Shown piece by piece: positions 1 to 9,898 of a DNA stretch of 64,000 nucleotides (position 1 is the stretch's first letter; each line of letters opens with the position of its first letter). Made by a program: the position numbers and the translations under genes. Under the pieces are notes generated by a model. The model made no database searches, was not told the DNA's origin, and was given only the letters and a program-made list of their open reading frames with translations. Source of the stretch: Gemmatimonadota bacterium (lineage in GTDB: Bacteria; Gemmatimonadota; Gemmatimonadetes; Longimicrobiales; Gaopeijiaceae); the NCBI GenBank assembly GCA_034521595.1, contig JAXHMG010000003.1, positions 480,001 to 544,000 of the forward strand, in the 5' to 3' direction.

Positions 1-682
1 CAACACGGTGCTCGCCCGGTGGCTCCGCACGCTCGGCGTCACGACGGTTAACCCGGCCATGGTCCTGGAGACCTGCGGCGACAAGGTGTCCACGACGTTG
101 GCGCTCCTCGACGCGGGAGTGCCGACCCTGTCCGCTTCCGTCGCCTTCACGGGTGCCGGGGGGCTGGAAGCCGCGGACGCGCTCGGCTATCCCCTGGTCG
201 TCAAGCCGGTGATCGGGTCCTGGGGCCGCCTGATCGGTAAGGTGAACGACCGGGACGCGCTGGAGACGGTGCTCGACCACAAGGATGCGCTGGGCGGGGC
301 GCCGCACGCGGTCACCTACCTCCAGCCCTACGTGGAGCTTCAGGGGCGCGACATCCGAGCGTTCGTGATCGGTGGGCGCTGTGTCGCGGCGATCCACCGG
401 AGCTCCCGGCACTGGAAGACGAACACCCACCTGGGAGCAGAGGCCTCCGCCATGGAGGTCGACGAAGCCTTGGCAGGCATCTCCGAAGCGGCCGCGGCCG
501 CCGTGGGCGGTGGCGCCGTCGCGATCGACCTGTTCGAAACGGACGACGGCTACGTGGTCAACGAAGTCAACGGATCGATGGAGTTTCGGAATTCGGTGGA
601 TACGACCGGAGTCGACATCCCCGGCCTCCTGGCCGAATATACGCTAGCCGTCGCCGCGACCGGCGGGGTGGAGGCCACGTGA
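1..682 (+). CDS. lysX: RimK/ATP-grasp family LysX/ArgX amino acid--LysW ligase (5' partial)
   Basis: ATP-grasp motifs CGDK, YPLVVKPVIGSWGRLI, YLQPYV, RDIRAFV, WKTNTHLG, VNEVN..MEFRN; stop overlaps next start (GTGA); frame open to window edge. Confidence 0.88.
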   Translation, partial: NTVLARWLRTLGVTTVNPAMVLETCGDKVSTTLALLDAGVPTLSASVAFTGAGGLEAADALGYPLVVKPVIGSWGRLIGKVNDRDALETVLDHKDALGGAPHAVTYLQPYVELQGRDIRAFVIGGRCVAAIHRSSRHWKTNTHLGAEASAMEVDEALAGISEAAAAAVGGGAVAIDLFETDDGYVVNEVNGSMEFRNSVDTTGVDIPGLLAEYTLAVAATGGVEAT

Positions 683-1752
683 CTCGCGTTTCCATCCTCG
701 GAGCGTCCGGATACGGGGGAGGCGAGCTCCTACGGATTCTGCTCGGCCACCCGCACGTCGAGATCGGTCAGGTCACGTCCAGGCGGCTCGCGGGGAAGCC
801 GGTGCACCGTGCGCATCCGAACCTCCGGGGTCACACCTCGCTCCGCTTCTCGTCTCCCGACGAGCTCGAGCCCTGCGATCTGCTCTTTCTCGCGCTCCCG
901 CACGGCGGAGCGTCGGCGCGGTGGGACGCGCTCGAGCCCCTTGCCGAGCGTTTCGTGGACATGAGCGCAGACTTCAGGCTCGACGATCCAGGGCTTTATG
1001 AGCGCTACTACGGGCCGCATCCACGCCCGGAGCTTCTGGGCACATTCGCCTATGGCTTGGCCGAAGCGAACCGGGAACAAATCCGGGGCGCCAGGCGCGT
1101 CGCGACCGGCGGGTGCAACGCCACCGTCTCGATCCTGGCCCTTCTGCCGTTGTACGAGGCGGGCGTAGTGCTGCCGGATCGGACGGTGGTCGATGTGAAG
1201 GTGGGCTCGAGTGAGGCCGGCGCCGACGCGAACGAAGGCTCGCACCATCCGGTCCGGAGTGGCGTCGTACGTCCGTACAGTCCCACCGGTCACCGCCACA
1301 CGGCCGAGGTCGAAGCCGTGCTGCGTGGTCTGTCCGACGGTGCCGGAGATCCCAGGGACGTCTCGCCCTCGGAGGCCCGGGTGCACCTGAGCGTGACCGC
1401 CATCGAAATGGTCCGTGGCGCTGCGGCGCTGGCGCACGTGTTTCTCCGAGAAGGCGTCTCACAGCGCGACATCTGGTCCATCTACCGGAAGCGGTACGCG
1501 GACGAGCCGTTCGTTCGAATCGTCTCCGAGCGACAGGGCGCCTACCGGCTCCCCGAGCCCAAGCTGCTGTCCGGGACGAATCACTGCGACATCGGTTTCG
1601 AGCTCGACGCGTCGGGAGAACGGTTGGTCGTGGCCGCGGCGATCGACAACCTCGTGAAGGGCTCGGCGGGGCAGGCGGTCCAGGCGATGAACCTGATGCT
1701 GGGCTGGGACGAGCGGGCGGGGCTCGGGTTCCCGGGCCTGCACCCCATCTAG
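679..1752 (+). CDS. lysY: LysY/ArgC-type LysW-acyl-phosphate reductase
   Basis: ILGASGYGGGELLR Rossmann motif, VATGGCNAT catalytic Cys, DNLVKGSAGQAVQAMNL. Confidence 0.88.
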   Translation: MTRVSILGASGYGGGELLRILLGHPHVEIGQVTSRRLAGKPVHRAHPNLRGHTSLRFSSPDELEPCDLLFLALPHGGASARWDALEPLAERFVDMSADFRLDDPGLYERYYGPHPRPELLGTFAYGLAEANREQIRGARRVATGGCNATVSILALLPLYEAGVVLPDRTVVDVKVGSSEAGADANEGSHHPVRSGVVRPYSPTGHRHTAEVEAVLRGLSDGAGDPRDVSPSEARVHLSVTAIEMVRGAAALAHVFLREGVSQRDIWSIYRKRYADEPFVRIVSERQGAYRLPEPKLLSGTNHCDIGFELDASGERLVVAAAIDNLVKGSAGQAVQAMNLMLGWDERAGLGFPGLHPI

Positions 1753-1777
1753 CTCGGGCAGCAAGGAGCGCTTGACG

Positions 1778-2461
1778 ATGTGTCGGTTCTTCGCCCTCCG
1801 GTCGGACGGGCCCGTCGATCCCGTGCCCTGGATCGCGTCGTTCGCCGAGCGCTGCAGGGTCAGCAAGGAGTACCAGGGTCATGGGTGGGGCGTGAGCTGG
1901 TGGGACGGTGAGGGCTGGCAGCGCCACCGCTCCGTCCGTCCCATCTGGGAGGAGGTGCCGGAGGAGCTTCCGAGCGCCACGATCGTGCTCGTGCATGCAC
2001 GGAGCGCGTTCCGTAACGAGGGCATCGTCGTGGAGAACAACATGCCGTTCGTGGCTGACGATATGGCCTTTGCGTTCAACGGCGAGCTCCGGGGAGTTCG
2101 CTTGAGCGTGCCGGGCGAGACCGGAGCTGCGAAGCTCTTCGAGCTTCTTCGGCGCTTCCGTGCGGCGGACGGGAATACGGAAGGAGCGCTCCGGAGGCTC
2201 GACCGGGTGGTCACCGCCCGCACGGAGTACGTCCGCGCGCTGAACACGGTGGTCAGTGACGGACGAGACGTGTGGGCAAGCAGCCGGTACTCGGAGGACC
2301 CGGAGTATTTTACGCTCTGGCAGGCATGGTTGCCGCTCCTGGCCGGCGGAACATCCGCGGTTTCGTCCGAGCCGTTGGACGTCGACGGGCAGCGGCCGGA
2401 ATGGGACCCCATGCCCCATGGAGAGATTCTGAAGATCGACCGGGAGACCACGTGCTCGTAG
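1778..2461 (+). CDS. Class II glutamine amidotransferase / Ntn hydrolase (EgtC/YafJ/Dug3-like)
   Basis: AAGGAG RBS at 1763-1768; ATG 1778 gives MCRFF (N-terminal Cys nucleophile); HGWG, LVHARSA, NNMPF, FAFNG motifs. Confidence 0.85.
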   Translation: MCRFFALRSDGPVDPVPWIASFAERCRVSKEYQGHGWGVSWWDGEGWQRHRSVRPIWEEVPEELPSATIVLVHARSAFRNEGIVVENNMPFVADDMAFAFNGELRGVRLSVPGETGAAKLFELLRRFRAADGNTEGALRRLDRVVTARTEYVRALNTVVSDGRDVWASSRYSEDPEYFTLWQAWLPLLAGGTSAVSSEPLDVDGQRPEWDPMPHGEILKIDRETTCS

Positions 2462-4470
2462 TCAAGATAGGGGGCGGCGATCTGGATCTGGGCGAGATCG
2501 CCGACGACCTCGCGGCGCTCGACGACCCGTTCGTGCTGATTCACGGAGCCAACAAGCTCCGGGACGAGCTCGCGCACGCCCTGGGGAGGCCGCCGAAGGT
2601 GGTCGAGTCGATCTCCGGATACACGAGCGTGCTCTCGGACGACGACGCCATCGACGTGCTGATGGCAGCCTACGCCGGCGTGCGCAACAAGCGCCTCGTG
2701 GAGGCCCTGCGTCGTGCCGGCGTCGATGCCGTCGGGTTGACCGGCCTCGACGGTGGACTGGTCGAAGGCGTCCGGAACAAGGGGATTCGGGTCAAGCAGG
2801 ACGGGCGCAAGCTCCTCCTTCGCGACAACTCCGGAAAGCCCCGATCCGTGAACGGAGATCTGCTACGCGACCTCCTGGCGCGAGGCCACGCACCCGTCAT
2901 CACGGTACCGATCGCGGGTGAGGACGGATCGGCCCTGAACACCGAGAACGACGAGGTCCTCGCGCTCTTGAGCGCCGAGCTCGGTGCGACCGACGTCGTC
3001 TCGCTCATCGAGGCGCCCGGGCTGCTGACCGACAAGGACGATCCGGAGTCCCTGGTGCAGCGGGTGGACGCGAACGAGCTGGAGGGGTGGGAGAAACGCG
3101 TCGAGGGGCGGATGCGTCGCAAGATTCGTGCGCTCAGGTCCCTTTTCGATCGCGCTGGAACACCCGGGCCACGGGTCCGGCTGAGTGATGGCCGAGTGTC
3201 GCGACCCGTATCTCGAGCGCTCGAAGGTGCCGGCACGCTCTTCGCGCGAAACGGAGCTTCGTCCGAGGAATCTCCGGCCGAGGCGTCGACCTCGAATCAC
3301 TGGCTCGAGCGGATGGCCGAGCACGAGCTCGATGTCTACGGGAAGCGAGGGTTGACCCTCGTCGGTGGTGAAGGAGCTCGGGTGACCGACGTGGAAGGAA
3401 GGTCTTACATCGACTGCATCGGGGGGCACGGAGCGTTGGCGCTCGGGCACAGGCATCCCGCGCAGGTCGCTGCGCTGCGCCGGGCGGCCGAGGGGCCGTG
3501 GTTCGTTCCCGGATCCTTCGGTAGCCCCCCGCGGGTGGCGTTCCTGGAAAGGCTGCACGAGATCCTGCCCGACGAGCTGGCCCGGACGTTCCTTTCGAAC
3601 TCCGGCACGGAAGCCGTGGAAGCCGCCCTCAAGATCGCCCGGGCCCATACGGGCCGCAGCGAGTTCGTGGCTGCGGTGCGGGGCTTCCACGGACGGACCT
3701 TCGGGGCGCTCTCCGTTACCTCGGAGGCGCACTTTCGTAAGCCGTTCGAGCCCCTGCTCGGCGACGTGCGGCGGGTCCGATTCAACGATGCAGCCGGCCT
3801 GGCCGAAGCCGTGAGCGACCGGGTGGCCGCGGTCGTTCTCGAGCCCGTTCAGGGAGAAGGGGGTGTGCACGTCGCCGAGCCTGCCTTCCTCCGCGCCGCG
3901 CGGGAGGCCTGTGATGCGCACGGCGCGCTGCTGATTTTCGACGAGGTACAGACCGGGTTCGGTCGGACCGGCACGCTCTTCGCCTTCGAGCGCTCGGGGG
4001 TGGTCCCCGACGTTCTGTGCCTGGCGAAGAGCATAGCCGGAGGACTCCCACTCGGTGCGACGGTCGTGCGCGAAGGTATCTCGCTGCCCGTGGGAACACA
4101 CGGCTCCACGTTCGGCGGGAATCCACTCGCCACGGCGGTGGCGAGCGCTACGCTCGATGTCTTGACCGCGCCGGAGGGCGAAGCGCTGCTCGCCGAGGCG
4201 GAGCCGAAGGGGCAGCGTCTGGCCGAACGCATCCGCGACGCCGACCTCGAGCAGGTACGTGAGGTCCGGCAAGTCGGCCTGATGGTCGGGATCCAGATGC
4301 GTCGGCGGTTGGGTGACCTGCTCGGTGACCTGCAGGAGCGCGGGGTCCTCGCCCTGTCCGCGGGGTCGAAGGTCGTGCGGCTCCTGCCGCCGCTCGTGAT
4401 CAGCGACGAAGAGGTCGAGCTGGTCGGGGACGCCCTGCTCGAGGTTTTGTCGGCCTCCGGGACGCGATAG
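2452..4470 (+). CDS. Fused LysZ/ArgB-type kinase + LysJ/ArgD-type class III PLP aminotransferase
   Basis: GTG 2452 after GGGAG; N-terminal VVKIGG, IHGA, GLTGLDGG, GRMRRKI; C-terminal YIDCIGGHG, FLSNSGTEAVEAALK, FHGRT, DEVQTGFGRTG, AKSIAGG, HGSTFGGNP. Confidence 0.88.
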   Translation: MLVVKIGGGDLDLGEIADDLAALDDPFVLIHGANKLRDELAHALGRPPKVVESISGYTSVLSDDDAIDVLMAAYAGVRNKRLVEALRRAGVDAVGLTGLDGGLVEGVRNKGIRVKQDGRKLLLRDNSGKPRSVNGDLLRDLLARGHAPVITVPIAGEDGSALNTENDEVLALLSAELGATDVVSLIEAPGLLTDKDDPESLVQRVDANELEGWEKRVEGRMRRKIRALRSLFDRAGTPGPRVRLSDGRVSRPVSRALEGAGTLFARNGASSEESPAEASTSNHWLERMAEHELDVYGKRGLTLVGGEGARVTDVEGRSYIDCIGGHGALALGHRHPAQVAALRRAAEGPWFVPGSFGSPPRVAFLERLHEILPDELARTFLSNSGTEAVEAALKIARAHTGRSEFVAAVRGFHGRTFGALSVTSEAHFRKPFEPLLGDVRRVRFNDAAGLAEAVSDRVAAVVLEPVQGEGGVHVAEPAFLRAAREACDAHGALLIFDEVQTGFGRTGTLFAFERSGVVPDVLCLAKSIAGGLPLGATVVREGISLPVGTHGSTFGGNPLATAVASATLDVLTAPEGEALLAEAEPKGQRLAERIRDADLEQVREVRQVGLMVGIQMRRRLGDLLGDLQERGVLALSAGSKVVRLLPPLVISDEEVELVGDALLEVLSASGTR

Positions 4471-4705
4471 GTCTCGCTGCGTCATTTCCTCTGATGCAAC
4501 GCTCCGGTGACTTCGGAGCGTCTACCACGGGCTGCTCAAGCTGCGTCGGCCACTCGTTGATCCGGCGAGCGCCGAACGGGATGGAGGCCGGTTGGTGGTG
4601 GTTCTGCGGGGTGAAACTTTCCGCGCTCGGAGCACGAAGGGTCAGACACGGAGGGGCGCAGGGGCTTCCCTCCCGAAACGAGAAGCAGGGACGAGGTCAA
4701 AGGAC

Positions 4706-4942
4706 ATGATCAACACGCATCTCAGGAAACGGAACGAGGTCCCATGGTGGGCGGTGATCGGTGCGCCGGTCGTGGGGGTTCCGTGCATCGTGGCGCTCCT
4801 GGCGCTGGCAGGTCCCGAGCAGGAGGCTGGCGGGGCGGACACGGAGGTGGACTTCGCAGTGGAGCAGCTCGACGTCGAGCCGGCGGAGGCGCGGCTCGAG
4901 GCCCGGAGCATCGGTCCGATCCGGTTGGTCGCGAGCTGCTGA
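4706..4942 (+). CDS. Small single-TM hypothetical protein
   Basis: ATG after purine-rich GAGG..AAGGAC; basic N-terminus, hydrophobic WWAVIGAPVVGVPCIVALLALA, acidic tail. Confidence 0.5.
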   Translation: MINTHLRKRNEVPWWAVIGAPVVGVPCIVALLALAGPEQEAGGADTEVDFAVEQLDVEPAEARLEARSIGPIRLVASC

Positions 4943-4966
4943 AGCATCCGATCGGATCGACCGTCT

Positions 4967-6043
4967 TTACCCGAACAGCTCCATCTGGGCCGGGCCGGAC
5001 TCCGCGGGTCGACGGAACGCCGCGGCGGAGAGCGGCGGCGCGTTCTCCAAGGCCAACCGCCGGCGCTGGACCCGGAAGACCGAGCGTAAATGTTCGGCCC
5101 ACGGTCCTTCCCCACGCCCTCGGACACCGAACCGTGCGTCGTAGAGAGCTCCGCCCCTGAGCTCTCGGATCCGATTCAGCACCTTTTCCGCCCGCTCGGG
5201 CGCGTGCTGCCTCAACCATCCCTCGAACATCTCCTTTACGCCGTGTGGCAGCCGGAGCAGGATCATCCCGGCGAACGAAGCACCAGCGTCGGCCGCGGCC
5301 TGGAGGATGGCCGGGATCTCGTGGTCGGTGAGTCCCGGAATGACCGGTGCGACGTTCACGCCCACGGGTATGCCCGCGTCGGCCAGCACTTGGATGGCAC
5401 CGAGGCGCCGGGCCGGGGTCGAAGCACGGGGCTCCAGCTTGCCCTGCAGCTTGCGGTTCAGGGTCGTGACCGAGATGAAGACGGCGGCTGCATCGTGTCG
5501 TGCCAGGTCGGCCAGGAGGTCGACGTCCCGGCTCACGAGGTAGCTCTTCGTGGTTATGCCCACCGGATTCCGAAACTCGGATAGGATCTCGAGGCAGCGG
5601 CGCGTGACCCTCAGGCGGCGCTCCACCGGCTGATACGCGTCGGTATTTCCGCTGAGAGCGATCGTGCGCGGCGTCCACTTGGGTGATGCGAGGGCGTCTC
5701 GCAACAGATCCGGAGCTTCCGGCTTCACGAGGATGCGGGTTTCGAAATCCAGTCCCGCGGAGAAGCCCAGGTACTCGTGCGTGGGCCGGGCGTAGCAGTA
5801 GGCGCAGGCGTGCTCACACCCTCGGTACGGATTGATCCCGACATCGAAACCCACGTCGGGCGAGTCGTTGAACGACAGGATGGAACGACTCGCGTCCCTG
5901 AGGAGGACGGTGTCGGGAGGCGGGTCGTCTGTATCCGTCCACCGCTCACGCTCGACGTGGAGGCGGTCGTAACGGTTCGGTGGATTCCAGGCGACGCCCC
6001 GACCACGGAGCGTGGGCAGCGGAAGGTTTAGTGGCGAGTCCAT
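4967..6043 (-). CDS. Radical SAM protein, PA0069/spore-photoproduct-lyase-like family
   Basis: INPYRGCEHACAYCYAR (CxxxCxxC), SGNTDAYQPVERR, VAPVIPGL, C-terminal QMELF. Confidence 0.9.
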   Translation of the reverse strand: MDSPLNLPLPTLRGRGVAWNPPNRYDRLHVERERWTDTDDPPPDTVLLRDASRSILSFNDSPDVGFDVGINPYRGCEHACAYCYARPTHEYLGFSAGLDFETRILVKPEAPDLLRDALASPKWTPRTIALSGNTDAYQPVERRLRVTRRCLEILSEFRNPVGITTKSYLVSRDVDLLADLARHDAAAVFISVTTLNRKLQGKLEPRASTPARRLGAIQVLADAGIPVGVNVAPVIPGLTDHEIPAILQAAADAGASFAGMILLRLPHGVKEMFEGWLRQHAPERAEKVLNRIRELRGGALYDARFGVRGRGEGPWAEHLRSVFRVQRRRLALENAPPLSAAAFRRPAESGPAQMELFG

Positions 6044-6250
6044 GGAAGACAATGATACCGAATAAAGACCGAATATCAAGCGGTGGGACGCGACACGCGG
6101 ATGCACGAACGCCCCGGCGGGCTCAAGCGCTCGCCGAGGCGTTCGTGGAGTTGGGCTTCCCCCTGATCGCGGCCCCTGGAGAAAGGGCGCCGCGAACGGG
6201 TTGACGACCGTCGGAGCGCGCTCCGACGGTCGTGTTCGCGCGTCCGTGCG

Positions 6251-6682
6251 TCAGGCGGTCTCGATGTCGTAGCAGATGCGCCAGTCGGACATGTTCTCGG
6301 GGTCGTCCGTCCCCTCGTCGGTCGGCTCGTGTCTCCCGATCCAACTCTCCGGGTCTCCGGTGAACTCCCGTCGGTAGTTGTCGAGCGGGTCGTTCTTGGA
6401 GAATTGGTCCAACTCCGTACCGAACATTTCCACGACCATGTTCTCGCCGACCTCACCCTCGAAGAGAACCTTGTCGATCTTGTCGACCTTGTTTCGCCGC
6501 GGATGATCGGATATTGACCAGTACCCTTCCTTCGGGAACTGTGTCTCGTGGCTCTGACCGGCCGTCGTCACTACCGAGCGAAAGCGGAACTCGCCCTCGT
6601 CGTCCCACATGGCTTCCTTGTTGTCCTTGATTTGAACCCATCTAAGGACGATGCGAATCCGGTTGCCACCTTTTTCGGACAT
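6251..6682 (-). CDS. Hypothetical soluble protein (143 aa)
   Basis: ATG 6682 after AGGAG; protein-like composition only in the distal part of ORF 6251..7621. Confidence 0.7.
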   Translation of the reverse strand: MSEKGGNRIRIVLRWVQIKDNKEAMWDDEGEFRFRSVVTTAGQSHETQFPKEGYWSISDHPRRNKVDKIDKVLFEGEVGENMVVEMFGTELDQFSKNDPLDNYRREFTGDPESWIGRHEPTDEGTDDPENMSDWRICYDIETA

Positions 6683-6813
6683 TCTAACTCCTGGCTTTCG
6701 TTCGGTCGGACCAGCGACGCGGACAAATAGGGCCGCAGGCGGGGTCCGGTCAAGGGTATGGCGACCATCGCTCCGTCGTCGCGCTGCAAACGAAGGATGG
6801 TAACGGGCCGGCC

Positions 6814-9174
6814 TCAGAAGGAGAAGGAGACCCCTACGAGGGGCAGCAGCGGTCGTTCCGCCAGCGGAGTCACCGCTTCGTCCCGCCACGGCTCGAAGGT
6901 ATAGAACATCGCGTCCCGCTGATCGAGCGCGTTCAAGATCCGGACGTACGGTCGGATGTGCCAAGATCGGCCGCCCCAGGTCGTTTCGAGCGAAGCGTGT
7001 AGCTCCAGGTCCAATCGGAGGAATTCTTCGTCGAGTCCACGCACCACGGGGTCGACGGGGGCCGTTCGGCTCGCGGTAGCGACGGGTTCCGCGGAGGCGA
7101 ACCCGGGGGCGGAGTCCTGGCGCGTCGGAACCGGGATGCTGGTGTACGGAAGGCCGGCTCCGTAGGAGATCCGGGCTTCCCCGGCGATCGGTCCGGCGAG
7201 GCGACCGGAAAGGCCGGCGGTCAGCAGGTGTCGCCCGGAGAAATCGGCGGTTCGTCCCGCCAGGTCGGTGCCCGACCAAAACCAGGAGAGCCCGTAGCCG
7301 AGCCACCCGGATGCGTGCTCTCCCGCGCTGAGAATGCGAACGTCCACGCCGGAGCTCCGCACGGTCTCCCGTTCCGGGCGATGCAACCCTTCGAAGCGCT
7401 TGAAGAACCCTTCGAGCCCGAGCTTCGCCGAGTTCCCGATGCGCTGATCGAGTGAGAGGACGACGTGGTCGGCCGTGGCGACCGGAAGCACCTCGTCCGC
7501 TTCGATGCCGTCGTCCGTCATCTCGACCAACGTGTGCTCGACGGCGGGATCCACGGTGCGTGTCGGCTGGTGGTAGCGTCCCGCCGCGACCGTGACGAGC
7601 GCGTCGGGCCCGATCTCCCAAAAGAACGAGGCTCGTGGGGCCGCGCGGAATCCGACATCGGGAAAGTAGTCGGCCCGGAGGCCGGCACGCAGAGTGACCC
7701 CTGCCGCGAGCCGACGCGTTCCTTCGAAGAAGGCCCCGGTGCTCTCGGCGTGACCTCGATTCTCACTGGTGTGGTGACCGGGCGAAGTGACCGCCTGAAA
7801 GGCTGCGGCGATCCGCTCGTGGGAGGTGCCGACGCGCATCTCCGCGTCCGGGGCGCCCCACGTCAGCTCTCCCACGGCCCGGAGCCGCTCGGTTCCTCCG
7901 GATGCGACGAAGGAGGTGGGTGACGGCTCCTCGGGCGTCGGGGTCCCTCGGAGCGGAAGCTCGGCCTCGTATCCGCTCGCGCCCAGGGACAGGTCGAGGC
8001 GCGCGCCCCCCAGATCCGCTCCGTACGACAGGGTGGCCGCGCGGTTCGACCAACGGGCATCGTCGGAGACGCGGGCATGGTCGAGAAGAACCTCCTCGGA
8101 GTTGAGAAAGCCCGTGACTCCGAGCTCGTGTCCGGGCGCGACTTCTCCGTCGACCGCGACGAGCAGGTCTCGGTATCCGTACGGTCGTGCTCCGCCCAGC
8201 GCCCGCCTTCCCAGGTCGTGGAGGCTACGCCCGGAAGCCAGGATCCCGGCATGGTCACCCAGGGGGGATTCGACCGCCGCGGAGGTCGTGAGGAGATCCA
8301 CGGTTCCGGAAGCGCGCAGGCGGTCCCTGCGGGCCGTCCGGGTCCGGAGGTCGAGGATGTGCGTGAGGCCGCCGTCGTAGCGGGCGGGGGCGCCACCTAC
8401 GTGTAACTCGGCCGTGCCCAGGACCGCGGGCTCGAAGCTGCGCATGAGACCCGCGACGTGGAATGGCGTATACACCGGGACCCCATCCAGGAGGACGAGC
8501 TTGAGGTCCGTGGTCGAGCCTCTCATGAAGAGGATGTCGCTCGCGTCGGCCGGGTCGTTTCCGGGCAGCGAGCGGACGGCGTCGAGCAGGCCCTGACGTC
8601 CCACCCCCGGCGCCAAGTCGAGGGCCTGCATGTCGAGCTCGGCCAGACCGGTCGAGGGTGTGCGTGGAGTGGCGCGCGAGGGATCCGGCACTTCGGGACG
8701 GTTCCGGGAACTCCGGACGTCCACTGCGTCGAGGGCGATCGGCTTGGCGGACAGCTCCAAGTCGACATCCACGGTGCCGCCCGCCGGAACCGTGACCAGG
8801 AGTTCGACGGGGGCGTGGCCCGGGTGGAAGGCCCGGAGCACGACCGGTCCCGCGGGGAGGCGCTCGAGGCGGTAGTGTCCATCCCTGTCGGCAGGGGTCG
8901 TGCGGGTGACTCCGTCCGCCGACGCCTGTACGGTGGCGAAGCCGAGAACCCTCGTGCCTCCCTGGAATCGACCTTCGACCTGGCCTCGGATCACGCCACT
9001 GGGTGAATCTTCGGGAACCTGCCCGAACGACGATCCCGGGGACGTACCGACGAGCGCTGCGGTGCCGAGCAGCACGGCTGAGGCACGGACGCACCTCAGC
9101 GCGCCGCCCCGCGGAAGGGTTCCCGCACCCTTACGGCGTCGTGAACAAGATCCGAGCATCGGTCCGCTCTCCAA
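6814..9174 (-). CDS. TonB-dependent receptor with N-terminal carboxypeptidase-regulatory-like domain
   Basis: Signal-like segment, IRGQV..GHYRLERLPAG domain, plug motif MRGSTTDLKLVLLDGVPVY..FH, C-terminal VSFSF; start uncertain. Confidence 0.85.
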   Translation of the reverse strand: MESGPMLGSCSRRRKGAGTLPRGGALRCVRASAVLLGTAALVGTSPGSSFGQVPEDSPSGVIRGQVEGRFQGGTRVLGFATVQASADGVTRTTPADRDGHYRLERLPAGPVVLRAFHPGHAPVELLVTVPAGGTVDVDLELSAKPIALDAVDVRSSRNRPEVPDPSRATPRTPSTGLAELDMQALDLAPGVGRQGLLDAVRSLPGNDPADASDILFMRGSTTDLKLVLLDGVPVYTPFHVAGLMRSFEPAVLGTAELHVGGAPARYDGGLTHILDLRTRTARRDRLRASGTVDLLTTSAAVESPLGDHAGILASGRSLHDLGRRALGGARPYGYRDLLVAVDGEVAPGHELGVTGFLNSEEVLLDHARVSDDARWSNRAATLSYGADLGGARLDLSLGASGYEAELPLRGTPTPEEPSPTSFVASGGTERLRAVGELTWGAPDAEMRVGTSHERIAAAFQAVTSPGHHTSENRGHAESTGAFFEGTRRLAAGVTLRAGLRADYFPDVGFRAAPRASFFWEIGPDALVTVAAGRYHQPTRTVDPAVEHTLVEMTDDGIEADEVLPVATADHVVLSLDQRIGNSAKLGLEGFFKRFEGLHRPERETVRSSGVDVRILSAGEHASGWLGYGLSWFWSGTDLAGRTADFSGRHLLTAGLSGRLAGPIAGEARISYGAGLPYTSIPVPTRQDSAPGFASAEPVATASRTAPVDPVVRGLDEEFLRLDLELHASLETTWGGRSWHIRPYVRILNALDQRDAMFYTFEPWRDEAVTPLAERPLLPLVGVSFSF

Positions 9175-9898
9175 TCGGCCCCGTGACGTCCGTTTGACCT
9201 TCGCTCCGTGTCAGGTATGGCTCTCCATCGACTTCGACCGTGACGGGGACTTCCGAGTCGGGTAGCTCGATGCGCACCGGACCTCCCGCGACGAGCGCCT
9301 CGAGTCGCCCGTCTCCGTAAGTGAACCGGCTGCCTTCGGGCGCGTCGATCCGGGCCGTGGCCTCGTCGATCCAGACGACCTCGAGGGAGCCCAACGAGCC
9401 GAGGCTGCCCACGAGGACACGAATGCCTTCTTGGGGGACCGCCACGGAAACCCCCGACCGAGGCACTTCCTGAGCGGTCTCCGCGGTCGCGCCCGGTGTG
9501 GCCCGATCATCGGACCCCGCGCTGGTCAACCAGCTGTGAAGCGGTAAGCCGGGCAGGGCCGATACCGCTCCGACGGCGACGAGGAGCACGGCCGCGGCCC
9601 TCCCGAGGTGCCCCGGCCACCGGAACCGGCGTCGCGACCGCAGGTCGTCCTCGATGCGCGCGTCCAGGCGCTCTCGGACGCGGGCGCGTGCCTCGTTCAG
9701 CTGCTCCGAATGCCGGGTCCCGCCGACACCGGGCTCGTCGAGGGTTCCCAGAAGTCGATCGATGTGCTCGGCACGCCATTCCGCTTCACGCAGCGCCGAC
9801 TCGCACGCACTGCACTCTTCGAGGTGGTCGCGGGAGACGTCCGGCACGGCCTCTCCGTCACGGAGCGCCAGGATCGTGCTTTCGTCCATATGGTTCAT
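9131..9898 (-). CDS. Membrane anti-sigma factor, zf-HC2 (ZAS) type
   Basis: HLEECSAC motif, single TM, coupled to upstream ECF sigma by ATGA overlap. Confidence 0.8.
   Translation of the reverse strand: MNHMDESTILALRDGEAVPDVSRDHLEECSACESALREAEWRAEHIDRLLGTLDEPGVGGTRHSEQLNEARARVRERLDARIEDDLRSRRRFRWPGHLGRAAAVLLVAVGAVSALPGLPLHSWLTSAGSDDRATPGATAETAQEVPRSGVSVAVPQEGIRVLVGSLGSLGSLEVVWIDEATARIDAPEGSRFTYGDGRLEALVAGGPVRIELPDSEVPVTVEVDGEPYLTRSEGQTDVTGPIGERTDARILFTTP

Noticed and set aside
4495-4525. Hairpin ACGCTCCG..CGGAGCGT / ECF-like GCAAC..CGTC after the lys operon
   Set aside because: No U-tract and atypical spacing; cannot be assigned
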